A DNA stretch of 64,000 nt from Trypanosoma brucei (Eukaryota), in assembly GCA_000002445.1 (NCBI GenBank), contig CM000208.1, positions 1,792,001-1,856,000 on the forward strand, in the 5' to 3' direction. Below the pieces are notes generated by a model. The model searched no databases. It had not been told where the DNA came from and worked only from the letters and a program-made list of their open reading frames with translations. This document shows, in pieces, positions 32,132 to 42,100 of this stretch (the stretch's first letter is position 1; every line of letters begins with the position of its first letter). The position numbers and the translations under genes are program-made.

Positions 32132-32159
32132 GGGTTAGGGTTAGGGTTAGGGTTAGGGG
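32132..32159 (+). repeat. Interstitial telomere-type hexamer repeat, (TTAGGG)~4.5 / GGGTTA units
   Basis: The plus strand reads tttgGGTTAGGGTTAGGGTTAGGGTTAGGGGa at about 32129-32160. This is the trypanosomatid/vertebrate telomeric hexamer, located internally between genes. Confidence 0.9.
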
Positions 32160-33108
32160 ACAGAAACTCATCAGAATATTACTAAATAGGAGGATCTGTA
32201 TCCATATGAACACATATATTCGTGTAAAAATGGAAAGGGTAAGAGGAGGGGAATAAATTAAGTGGTTATCGCAATCACGAAGGAAAGGCGGGCTCAGCTG
32301 AAAATAATCTCGGGTTGATGTACTAAGCAACCGCCAGTATTGTAAGGTAACAAGCGGTACCGGAAATACAACCCTTGTCTGCCATTACCACCACCGCAAC
32401 CGTAAAGAACGGCACCTATACACACATGCCCAACCACGCGTATTCACATATACAGATGCGTACGGTTAAAGGGGCAATTCCGAACCCCATCGAAACAAAA
32501 GGAATGTGAGGGCCGACGAATTTGTACATGGTGACTAAACATTAACCGCAGCGGCTACAATATTGCCGTCATCTGAGTTTTATTACCATAGTCCCTGTCT
32601 TACCTGACACTTAAATAACTTAGCTTCACTCCCGACTTCTGAATCATCGGAGGAGACGTGTCGTTCTAAAAAACAACGATGGAGAAAAGAACGTCTAGAG
32701 CTCTTGCGTTAAAGCAGGCAGAAACATTACAAGCGATCCTTTTCTAAGAAAAGTATTTTCTGGAAGTAATGTGAGAGAGTAGGTAATACAAGTTCAAGAA
32801 AAGATGACAAGCACCCTCGAATATTGTCCAAGAGAAGCTTAAGGTATGTCAACAGGCGTGGATGGCGTATCTCCTTCTTTCGCACAGCAACTAACGTAGC
32901 CCGGCAACCGATCGGAGGACGCAGGAGCTACCCATGTGGAAAAGAAGCGAAACGTAACAAAACAAGAAAAAGCGAAGTGCTTGGTGCAGAGTAAGAATAA
33001 AAACAAAAAATAAATGATAATCAAATGCATGTGGCCAAACAGGACGTCCACAATGTGTCAACAAATTGACATCAAACCTCCACTTCAGCGAAGAAGTACC
33101 AACATCAA

Positions 33109-35592
33109 CTAGTTTTTCTGACAGTTGTACGCCTTCCAGCACGCACCGCAGTAAAGACCATCATCCGCAGATTTGTCGGATGCCTCCCACAGATCAGTGC
33201 CCGATGCACCGCATTCGCTACACGTCCCTTGACCTGCATGATTCCCACGCCGTACAGCATTCTTCCGTTTTTTTGAACCCTTGGACTTTTTGCGCTGCAC
33301 AGTCTCAGCACATCGGGTCTCCACCACAACCGGCGACTGCACTGTGATATTTTCCTCACTACCGGAAACTAAAAGGTCGTCAAGTAAAGTGCCATTCCGT
33401 ACAATTGATGGGATGGCATCCGCAACCCTCTCTAAGATCTCCTCCCGCGTCGTGCATCCCCGCGCCCGCGCGGCGGATACAGCTTCAGCGTGCATCAGAA
33501 AATTGTCGCGATCCTCCGCGGTTCGAAAGGCCCTCCCGCGTGCCAAAAAGTACACGCCAAGTAAACCAGCAGGAATATTAGCATCGGATACGCCGAGCGG
33601 ACCCGCTACCAACAATGCGTCATCGATGCTATGCATTTTTGAGCAGAGTAGGTGCCGCCGCGGTGCTTCACAGCTCTCCACATGGTCAGGGGGTTCTCCT
33701 TCTTGATTATTTGTTACTCCTTCAGCATCATCATCCCCCTCTTTGCTTTTATTGTTGAGAGTGGAGGCCATGTCAAGTAAGGTCTCCCAATTGTGGCTTG
33801 CTTCGTAGATAGCAACACAGTCTGCGCCTGCGCTATCTATCAACAACTGCCGTAACGCCGAAACAGTCACCGGTCGCAAATTGCGTAACTCCCCCTGCAC
33901 AGAAAGCCGGGTCACGTAGGCAGGCATCGTTTCCTCTGCAAACTTCTGCTCGTCAACGAGCAGCTGCTGAGGTCTGCCTGCTACAATTGACGCCAGCGCA
34001 CGCATAAACTGCACCTTCACAAAGGAAGCTTTGTCAGGGGATAGGTGACGGCCGAGGTTAAAGTTATCTTCGTACGGATCATCAATGCACAGACGGTACC
34101 AGACGCGATCGCGAAGGGGGCCGCACTTCACTTCATTAGCCTCCACCCAGCCAAGGGAATCAGGTGTTACCGGCGGCCCCCCTCCAGGGACCCGTAGCGT
34201 CACCACAACTTTGTCCCACCGAATCCTTGTATAGTACAAAAAAAACAAGGGAATCAAACCACCAAGCGCACCCCGCAACATCGTGAGTTCTGGAGACTTT
34301 AAAACATCACTAGGCCGTTCACCACCATCCCCATCATCGCGCAAAAGGGGTAAGTACGACATTTTCTGTTGTGACAAGTCTGGAATAGGCTCCACATCAG
34401 CCGGTCTAACGAACTTTACGAGCCCGTTCTCCAACAAGAAGTGCACCCACAAAATGGACATAGCGTAGGAAGTAAGATACCCATTCTTTGCATTGTTTAT
34501 ACCATACAACTTGCTCCATTTCTTCAGAAACAAATAACCAGTCCGTACAAAAGGATCCTGTTGAAAATACTTGCGAAGAAACAAGCTATTTCTCACTCCT
34601 TGTGCTCTACAACTTAAATCGAAGTCAAGTGAAAACATTTCAGGCAATTGTGAGCCAGTCTTCCATGAAACTTCCATGTCGCGTGGTCCACACATGGCCG
34701 AATTGCAGAAGAACTTTACTGCCTTCAAACTATCCTTAAAGTGAAACGTTACCGTATCACTGTCTTTTCGCTCAACCGTAGAGCTAATGGCCGCCTCGAC
34801 TAACATGCGGGGCGGAGAAGAAAACTCCTTACTGTTCGACCACACAACGCTGTACGTGTCGTGCTCACCATGTGAACGCAGTGGGACCCGAACCTTTTGA
34901 ACACGCCGCACAACGGGGACGCGGGTCCGCACAAGGGGCTCCAGCTCTCCAAAAAAGAAACCCGCCTTCCTCAGCGCCGCGGTGAGCCGAAGTATAACTT
35001 TTTTCTCGTCCTCGGGTGGCCATTTACCCTTCTTCATATCCTGCAGACCAATTGCGGTGAAATCAGCATCACTCACCCCGTCCCAACAACCACACGACAC
35101 GCAACTTCCAAAAGGAAATAACACTAAGTTGCGAACAAAACAAGAAATGACTTGGCTCATTTGAGAGAACGCACGCTCAATTACATCGAACGTCTTCCTG
35201 CCCATGTCAAGGGTTGCCGCGCTTTCCAACACAAAATTGCCACACGAGACAATGTGTCCAGAAGGAATGCATCCATAATGGAGCAGATTATCTTTACTCG
35301 CTAGAATCTCTCTGCACCAGAGAGAGAGCGCGGCATGGTGCACCTGAAAGTGTTCTTGGATTTGCTCCTCATCCCGGCTTTCTATCATTTTTGCACAAAG
35401 GTCACAACGGACACTCTGAGAGTTCCGACTCGTCAATTTTTCTTTTATTTGTTTTGTTGCGCCGTCTCCCTCACTATGTATGAGACAACCATCCAATAAC
35501 TTCTGCTCTGCCTCCTTCCACTCTTCATGAACACCACTGCTGTACACCACACCCGGAACTACAGTCGGAGCTACAGGCACCGATGTGAACAT
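33109..35592 (-). CDS. Non-canonical nucleotidyltransferase of the Cid1 / terminal uridylyltransferase (TUTase) / ncPAP family, with an N-terminal C2H2 zinc finger and a C-terminal CxxC...CxxC zinc finger. Possibly a TUT3-like enzyme
   Basis: Pol-beta-type catalytic motif FPFGSCVSCGCWDGVSDADFTAIGL (GS...DxD). The N-terminal C2H2 finger is CDLCAKMIESRDEEQIQEHFQVHH. The C-terminal finger is CSECGASGTDLWEASDKSADDGLYCGACWKAYNC. The ORF track starts at 35778, but the first 62 codons read through an upstream poly-T spacer (MIFFFKKRYHVFLK...FFSSLSG). The first non-repetitive in-frame ATG (MFTSVPVAP...) is at approx 35590-35592. Confidence 0.8.
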   Translation of the reverse strand: MFTSVPVAPTVVPGVVYSSGVHEEWKEAEQKLLDGCLIHSEGDGATKQIKEKLTSRNSQSVRCDLCAKMIESRDEEQIQEHFQVHHAALSLWCREILASKDNLLHYGCIPSGHIVSCGNFVLESAATLDMGRKTFDVIERAFSQMSQVISCFVRNLVLFPFGSCVSCGCWDGVSDADFTAIGLQDMKKGKWPPEDEKKVILRLTAALRKAGFFFGELEPLVRTRVPVVRRVQKVRVPLRSHGEHDTYSVVWSNSKEFSSPPRMLVEAAISSTVERKDSDTVTFHFKDSLKAVKFFCNSAMCGPRDMEVSWKTGSQLPEMFSLDFDLSCRAQGVRNSLFLRKYFQQDPFVRTGYLFLKKWSKLYGINNAKNGYLTSYAMSILWVHFLLENGLVKFVRPADVEPIPDLSQQKMSYLPLLRDDGDGGERPSDVLKSPELTMLRGALGGLIPLFFLYYTRIRWDKVVVTLRVPGGGPPVTPDSLGWVEANEVKCGPLRDRVWYRLCIDDPYEDNFNLGRHLSPDKASFVKVQFMRALASIVAGRPQQLLVDEQKFAEETMPAYVTRLSVQGELRNLRPVTVSALRQLLIDSAGADCVAIYEASHNWETLLDMASTLNNKSKEGDDDAEGVTNNQEGEPPDHVESCEAPRRHLLCSKMHSIDDALLVAGPLGVSDANIPAGLLGVYFLARGRAFRTAEDRDNFLMHAEAVSAARARGCTTREEILERVADAIPSIVRNGTLLDDLLVSGSEENITVQSPVVVETRCAETVQRKKSKGSKKRKNAVRRGNHAGQGTCSECGASGTDLWEASDKSADDGLYCGACWKAYNCQKN

Positions 35593-36516
35593 GCAAGCTA
35601 AGGTACTTCTCGACCTTTGCGTTGGGCAGCTATCACCCGACAGAGAAGAAAAAAAAATACAACGAATTATAAAAATTACTTTGATGAAAGAGCGGAAAAA
35701 AAAAAAAGAGCACGGCATGAGGCGAATTGAGGGAGCTTTCAAGAACACGTGGTATCGTTTTTTAAAAAAAAATATCATATCCTGGTAAATGGGCTATGAT
35801 ACACAATTGAGTACAGATACAAAGGTGGTACATATACCTATCTTTCCCACTTAAAATCATTTCTTCCTTGCTTGCCACCACCAAAAGGCAAAACAAAGAG
35901 GCAACAGTAAACCACCTCCATCTTATTATAATCCACTTGCCCTGTGCCCTACTCAGCACCCCTTTAGGGATCACAGCAATAAGTGGCTGCGGATCACCTC
36001 CCTTCTCATGTACAGTCACATATCACACACATATACACACATACATACATACATTTGCATAATGAGATTCAATGATGCACGATCGCACAAAACTACACGG
36101 AATAAAGGAATATCCACAGTATGGAGAAAAATTAGTAGTAAACAGTAGCAGCGCCAGAAGTGGTACCGTTAGTAGCGGTCATGGAAAAAAAAAACAAGAC
36201 CCTGGAAAATGAGAAAAGAAGGGGGAAAAAATAGGTTAAAACACTTCAGAAAAAAATAGAATGTGGAACAAAGAAACAAAATCGCGAAGGCTAAAGACAA
36301 AATAACCAGGAAAATAATAAAAGACAGGGAAACGGGAAAATGTGAGCACTGAAGTGAAAACAAAGCGCACAACAAAGGTCAACGGAAGTTGTTGTTGAAA
36401 TGCCATGCGTCCCCACTTTCCCCTTCCACCAGCTACAACCCACGCACAAACACCTCTCCATCCTCCCTCCTTCCGCACACATGGTCGATTTCGCAAAAAC
36501 AGAGGGAACTTTTCCT

Positions 36517-37212
36517 TCAAGCTGTACTTGCGATAATTTTCCTCGGTGGCACGACGGAGGCACTGCTTTTGTTTGCCTCAGCTCCCGCACCGCACGTGGG
36601 AGGAGCGTCCAGCGCTATGCACGGCCGAAGTTTCTTCCCCTTAAAACCGGTAGCGGTGTCGGCAATGAGCCCCTGATATTCACCATTGACATAAAGCTGG
36701 ACGGCGCCCTCGTCGGTATTAACAAGAAACCCGAAGCGCGCGCCTGCCGAGGGAACTAACAACCGCCATAAACTCCTGACCTCCACACCATTCACCTCAA
36801 CGGCGCATGTCAGGCAGTTAAAGAGGCAGCAATTAGCTTCGGACAGCCGGCTATTTAAAGAGCTGCTCGGCTGCGCTGCATGCAGCTCAACGTCCCCCAA
36901 GTTAACATTCGAAAGAAATGCATCTTCCGTACACACACCGACTTTGCACCTCGTATCGCTTGTTTGGATCTCATAGAAATACTTCCCATGTCCTGCGGGC
37001 ATCTCTAAACCTCCAATGGCAGGTTGATATGATCCTAAACAACCAGAATGATACACGTGTGGACCGTCTAAAGTGTACGCCGGACCAGCGCGGACCCACT
37101 CAAACGTAACGCTATTGATTGAGTCCATACCGAAATTCTCAACTACCTTTATTCCCTCCTGTAATGCACCCCACCTTTTCCCTTCGTTTCTTCGCACTTC
37201 CTCACCAACCAC
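36517..37212 (-). CDS. SPRY (B30.2-like) domain protein, 231 aa
   Basis: GKYFYEIQTSDTRCKVGVCTEDAF matches the SPRY core (GK(H/Y)Y(W/F)E(V/I)...G). LYVNGEYQG is also present. Confidence 0.55.
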   Translation of the reverse strand: MVGEEVRRNEGKRWGALQEGIKVVENFGMDSINSVTFEWVRAGPAYTLDGPHVYHSGCLGSYQPAIGGLEMPAGHGKYFYEIQTSDTRCKVGVCTEDAFLSNVNLGDVELHAAQPSSSLNSRLSEANCCLFNCLTCAVEVNGVEVRSLWRLLVPSAGARFGFLVNTDEGAVQLYVNGEYQGLIADTATGFKGKKLRPCIALDAPPTCGAGAEANKSSASVVPPRKIIASTA

Positions 37213-37566
37213 TTAATCAAATTCAGAGAGGGTAAGCGACCAACAACCTCCACGTCTTCACTCGCGGAGACACAACGGCCTTTCAACTTTGCATTCAGAC
37301 ATGCCACAAAAAATAAGGGAGATACAGAGAGGAAAGAAGTAAGATGAATAAGTTATGTGAATGCATTTGGCAAGCATTGGATATGGGCCTGCGCGAGGGT
37401 CGACAGCAACAACAACAACGATGTCCAGCCACGTTCCTTTTCGACCATTTGGTCTTGAATTAAATAATAAATTGAAACAATAAAAACGAAAAAAAACATG
37501 AAGGAAGTGAGAAACCTAGGATACGAGACGACGAGAATACCAGGCAGCTGTCCGCCGCATCGTCAC

Positions 37567-37980
37567 TTACTTCTTCTTTGTCTGCATCTTGCCCTTCGCC
37601 TTGCCACGAATCTTCTTGTTTCGGTTGCGGCGTTCCTTCACTGACTTACGAGCCGGAAGCTTCTTCTTACCCATACCCAAGCGAGCCTTACGGTAGTTGG
37701 GCTCAATGCGCTTCATGGCAGCAAGGTCATCATAGATAAGACCGAAACCAGTCGTTTTCCCGCCACCGAATTTCGTCTTGAAGCCAAAGACGGAAATTTG
37801 GTTCTCGTCAGCGACCTTGTAGAGCGACGCGAGGCGGTTGCGAATGAGTTTCGCGGGAACAGTGCCGCACCACCCGGGGTGGTTCACCTCAACAACGAAT
37901 TGCTTGCGGTTCAGCAGTTTGTTCACCTTGAACTGCGAGGTTCGCACCGTCACCTCTGCCTTCTTCTTCTGGAAGACCAT
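37567..37980 (-). CDS. RPS24: 40S ribosomal protein S24 (eS24), copy A
   Basis: 137 aa: MVFQKKKAEVTVRTSQFKVNKLLNRKQFVVEVNHPGWCGTVPAKLIRNRLASLYKVADENQISVFGFKTKFGGGKTTGFGLIYDDLAAMKRIEPNYRKARLGMGKKKLPARKSVKERRNRNKKIRGKAKG. This is characteristic of eS24 (FGF.T.FGGGK(T/S)TGFG.IYD). Confidence 0.92.
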   Translation of the reverse strand: MVFQKKKAEVTVRTSQFKVNKLLNRKQFVVEVNHPGWCGTVPAKLIRNRLASLYKVADENQISVFGFKTKFGGGKTTGFGLIYDDLAAMKRIEPNYRKARLGMGKKKLPARKSVKERRNRNKKIRGKAKGKMQTKKK

Positions 37981-38034
37981 CGTTACCCACTACCTTGGTT
38001 GAAGACAGGCGGCCAAATGTGCGATAAAAATATT

Positions 38035-38105
38035 TTATGAAGAAATGGTGAAAAGCATTGGGGAAAAGAACAAGGTTGAGTAAACCGTGATATTGGGGGG
38101 AAAGG
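38035..38105 (-). promoter_or_regulatory. Polypyrimidine tract upstream of RPS24 copy A (trans-splice signal candidate)
   Basis: The plus strand at 38035-38105 is A/G-rich (aaatggtgaaaagcattggggaaaagaacaaggttgag...ggggggaaaggggct), so it is polypyrimidine on the coding strand, 55-125 nt upstream of the ATG at 37980. Confidence 0.35.
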
Positions 38106-38309
38106 GGCTCCAACGCGGTCGCTCTGCAGGGCTTCTTACGCACCACATTGCGCACGCGTCACAGGGCTCGACAGCCCATCACGCAAAGTGCACCAAGGGG
38201 AGGGAGCTGAGCCCAACCGCAAGAATAGAAATATGATAAAATTAAAAGAAAAATATACGAAAAAAGCCTTGCATCCAAGGAGTGTATGGTCTGTCCGCCA
38301 CATCGTCAC

Positions 38310-38723
38310 TTACTTCTTCTTTGTCTGCATCTTGCCCTTCGCCTTGCCACGAATCTTCTTGTTTCGGTTGCGGCGTTCCTTCACTGACTTACGAGCCGGA
38401 AGCTTCTTCTTACCCATACCCAGGCGAGCCTTACGGTAGTTGGGCTCAATGCGCTTCATGGCAGCAAGGTCATCATAGATAAGACCGAAACCAGTCGTTT
38501 TCCCGCCACCGAATTTCGTCTTGAAGCCAAAGACGGAAATTTGGTTCTCGTCAGCGACCTTGTAGAGCGACGCGAGGCGGTTGCGAATGAGTTTCGCGGG
38601 AACAGTGCCGCACCACCCGGGGTGGTTCACCTCAACAACGAATTGCTTGCGGTTCAGCAGTTTGTTCACCTTGAACTGCGAGGTTCGCACCGTCACCTCC
38701 GCCTTCTTCTTCTGGAAGACCAT
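38310..38723 (-). CDS. RPS24: 40S ribosomal protein S24 (eS24), copy B (tandem duplicate)
   Basis: The protein is identical to copy A. The ORF track lists 38310..38726 (138 aa, MMVFQ...), but codon 38724-38726 is GTG on the coding strand, so the true ATG is at 38721-38723. Copy B differs from copy A by two synonymous substitutions only (TTG/CTG Leu; GCA/GCG Ala). Confidence 0.92.
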   Translation of the reverse strand: MVFQKKKAEVTVRTSQFKVNKLLNRKQFVVEVNHPGWCGTVPAKLIRNRLASLYKVADENQISVFGFKTKFGGGKTTGFGLIYDDLAAMKRIEPNYRKARLGMGKKKLPARKSVKERRNRNKKIRGKAKGKMQTKKK

Positions 38724-39102
38724 CACTGCTATCCTGAACTGGGGGAGGTTTCGGCAAACATTGAAATATCAGAGTCGATATTCAAAGGGGGATAAAATCA
38801 CAGATACATAAGAAACACCAACGATTAGTTAGCGACAATCATAATAGTTAGTAGGGCACATTACCAAAACAGAAAGAGGGGTCTAAAACAAACCGGTGGG
38901 AGAACTCGATTGAACATCGATAGTTTTCCTTGTTCGCATTCACTTCCATTTCTCTATCCATATTGTATTTCGTTTTCATAGTTCTAAACCGTCACACATT
39001 AACAATATTGTTTTTGTTTTCTACTGTTACATCTTGGTAAGCACAGACTTGTGTGCATAATCATCGGGTGGACAGTATCTGGTCCATGGTCCAACCGACA
39101 CT

Positions 39103-42100
39103 TTAGCTTCGGCGGCCCAGTAAACCAGCTCCCATATCCTGCGTAATGGTGCGCACGGCCACATCGTTAAGTAATTTCTCCACCAAGTTCAGCAATGCGC
39201 TATTATTCCACGGTGGCAGGACACCCTGATCCTTGCACGGGGTTCCTGCCGTTGTAGTGAGCCGTTGTGTGACTCCTGTAGTGGGAGGCATGGCCTCAGT
39301 TGCGCCTGCTGCGCCTGAACCGGGGTCACTTGACTTGTTCGCCCCATATGTCGATGATGGAGGATCCCTCACAAAAGAGTTGGAGGCCATAGACACCAAC
39401 TCCCTGTATTGTGGAATCTCCTCTTTGATAGTCTCGGTGAATGCATTTCGAACCGGTGGGCAGTCGACAACAGTTCGCAACAGCCCTTCAAGCATCCTTC
39501 GCACAATTCTCACATTACCTCGAGTGAAATCTTTTATTGTTTGCTTGAGCCTATCTCCCACCAAAGATGCACTCTGAGGCCGTACGTAGTTCTCGTAGAG
39601 CGGGGGAAAGTACACCTGCCGGACCGCACACTCCCCGTAGAGCCGCTGGTACTCGTCGACGGGCATAATACGCGCCTGCACCAACACCTCAAGCGAGTGG
39701 GCCAAGACAGGTCCTTCATCTGCGCGTTTTTTTAGTGGTAGAGACATCGTGTTATGATCCGCAACACCAGAATGTAGAGCAGGTGCAGCTGCCGCGGAGA
39801 GCACACGAAGGCTCTGATACTCCGGCGGGGCCTCAATTACAGAGGGCCGCTTTTTACCCATGTAGGTGGCTCGACGCTTCGTGCAGGTGGACCTCTCGAA
39901 CCGCGTTTTCGTCTGTGGTTTGACGTCGAGCAACGGATCGGTATCATCTTCTTCATCGGCCTCTTCGTCCTCAGGAGCTGCTGCCGCTTCCACATACATT
40001 GGGCTCACACTCTTGTCCTCAATCAACGTCTCGTTGACTACACGGCAGAATATCGGGGCCTCGATAATTTGGCTGAGCTTGCCGCATTGTAGCGCAAGAA
40101 CGCACCGCACGCGCTGCCCAGGTCTCACCACGCCACTGTTCGGCGACACAGAAATTGTTGAGCTCCCCGGTTCTAGCGATGTAGCCCACGAAAAGCTGTA
40201 TGAAAATGAGTTGTGCCTGTTTTCAACATAACAAATTCGGCGGTGCAGCGAGAAGCGGGGCACCGCACCAATACGCATGACGTCGATGGAAAGGGAAACT
40301 GGGCAAAGCCTTGAAGGCAGACGCAACGAGGGCGAAACGGGGATGGGCAGGAAGGCATCATTAATCGTGTTACATGCTTCCCCAGTAGACGTCTTCTTTG
40401 GATGGTATCCGACACCGCAGAATCGCATACTGTATCCCTCACCATTCACGATCTGAAGGCCAACGTCAATCGTGTAGGTACGCACCTCGAGGGGGCGGAA
40501 ATACCAATGGAGCTGGGTTGATCCGCCGGGGGGAATAACACCCTCTGGATTCATACACTGAAACACGGGAACACCGCAGTTGGCCGCACAAACCTGCTCA
40601 ACAAGATCTTCCTGTACAACGTAAGTCATCGGATGCGACGAGGTGTTCTCAATTGTTGAGCTTTGCAACGGTGGCTCGACATCGCCGAGTGCTATGGGGT
40701 GTAACTGATAAACAGGTGGATGGTGAAAGGCGAGAGCGTGAGTGTTGTCCGCCACTGTGCGCCCCTCAAGGACCAGAAGAGCCTTCTTACCCTTGTCCAG
40801 CCGAAGCAAAACGGGCAAGCAGTGCGTGCCGACACTAACATGGCGGTACGTAATGGTGATAACGGCGTGGGAGTTCACGGGGATGGTCCCCTCTCGAGGA
40901 GAAATTTCCAACAAGCGGTTAGAAAGAATTTGCTGCACATCCTCCAACTCTTCATCTTCAACGAACCACGTCTCGTTCCCACCTTCGTGATCAATCGGGT
41001 ACCAGAACCGGAACGGGGCTGCACACGATCCAGCATTCTCAACGCACAGCATAATCTCCTTATCATCATCATCCACACAACCTACGCCGACATCCATGTA
41101 AATTGGCTCAACGCCCTGTACATACTGCGGGAAGGCGAATGAGTCCCTCTCTACGTCCACGCTCTGTACAGGGGCAGCAAGCACGTTATTAATGCTATTA
41201 ATAGCTAACTGGCACCACAACTGCGAGCGGTGCTGCTGTAACGAGCGTACGTCAGTGATCTGAACAGCCGGGCGTGTACCTTTCAAGCGAACCTCGCAGT
41301 GTGGGTGCTGTTGAACCTCGTGCAGGTTTGTGGGGCAAGCAATACTACTCAAATCTACCCCCCTGCCGCCAACGAGTGTGTACAAGATACAGTCAGTCAC
41401 GCCGGCCGGAGGCCGCAACGTAACAAGTACTACAGTGTGCGAGCGGGCGGCCAATGCTCCGCACCTGTTGTTACTGAGGTGAATCATTGGGGTGTCTTCA
41501 CCCTCCCAATTCATCCTCCTTGTTTTCGTGAGCCACCTCACCTCATAGCATACTTCACACACACTGCTGTTGTATATGGTCCACTCAAATGTTTTCTCCT
41601 GTGCGGCTGGACCCTCGTGCTCAATCACCACCGGTTCAACCTCAACTACAGATTGACGACCTTCACCCATAAAGGGGCAAGAGATGATGCGCTTGCCATC
41701 ACTTAAGCTCAGCTCTCTTGGTGTGTTGTTGCAACTGCTGCTTTGTGACTCCCGTTCCCGCCCAACCAAAGGATCAACAGCTCTCCGTGTTGCGTTTGAA
41801 CTCGGCTGTGTTTCATCATGTGTCGAAATTGAGAATGTTATATGCCCCTCATACAACACAGGATCTTGGGGGCAGAAGGAAACAACCAAATTCATCCCCA
41901 TCCCTGCTTGTAGGACGCCAACCGGTGGTTCCACAAACACTACACCCTGAAGTGGCTGTGAAGGAGATGACTCGAAGCTAATCGGTACGGTTGTTGGGTT
42001 CGTGATTCTCAACGACCGCTCCGTGACGCCTGTTACGCACGCGGGGCGCATTGTAATCATAGAGCTGTCCTCTACGAGAAGCTCTGGTCTAAACCCCTCA

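Larger units (their letters stand above)
37549..38725. repeat. Tandem gene duplication: two ~434-bp near-identical units (37549-37982 and 38292-38725), period 743 bp, covering the RPS24 CDS. The flanking UTR and intergenic sequences are unrelated
   Basis: Direct comparison gives 3 mismatches over ~434 bp: 1 just downstream of the stop and 2 synonymous within the CDS. Similarity stops about 20 nt past the stop codon and immediately 5' of the ATG. Confidence 0.9.

Noticed and set aside
32132-32159. True chromosome end / subtelomere
   Set aside because: There are only ~28 bp of hexamer. It is flanked on both sides by unique sequence and housekeeping genes, and no subtelomeric repeat families are present. 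It is an interstitial repeat, not a telomere.
38724-38726. Extra N-terminal Met on RPS24 copy B (138 aa vs 137 aa)
   Set aside because: The codon is GTG on the coding strand, so the ORF track has used an alternative start. The real ATG is the next codon and the two proteins are identical.
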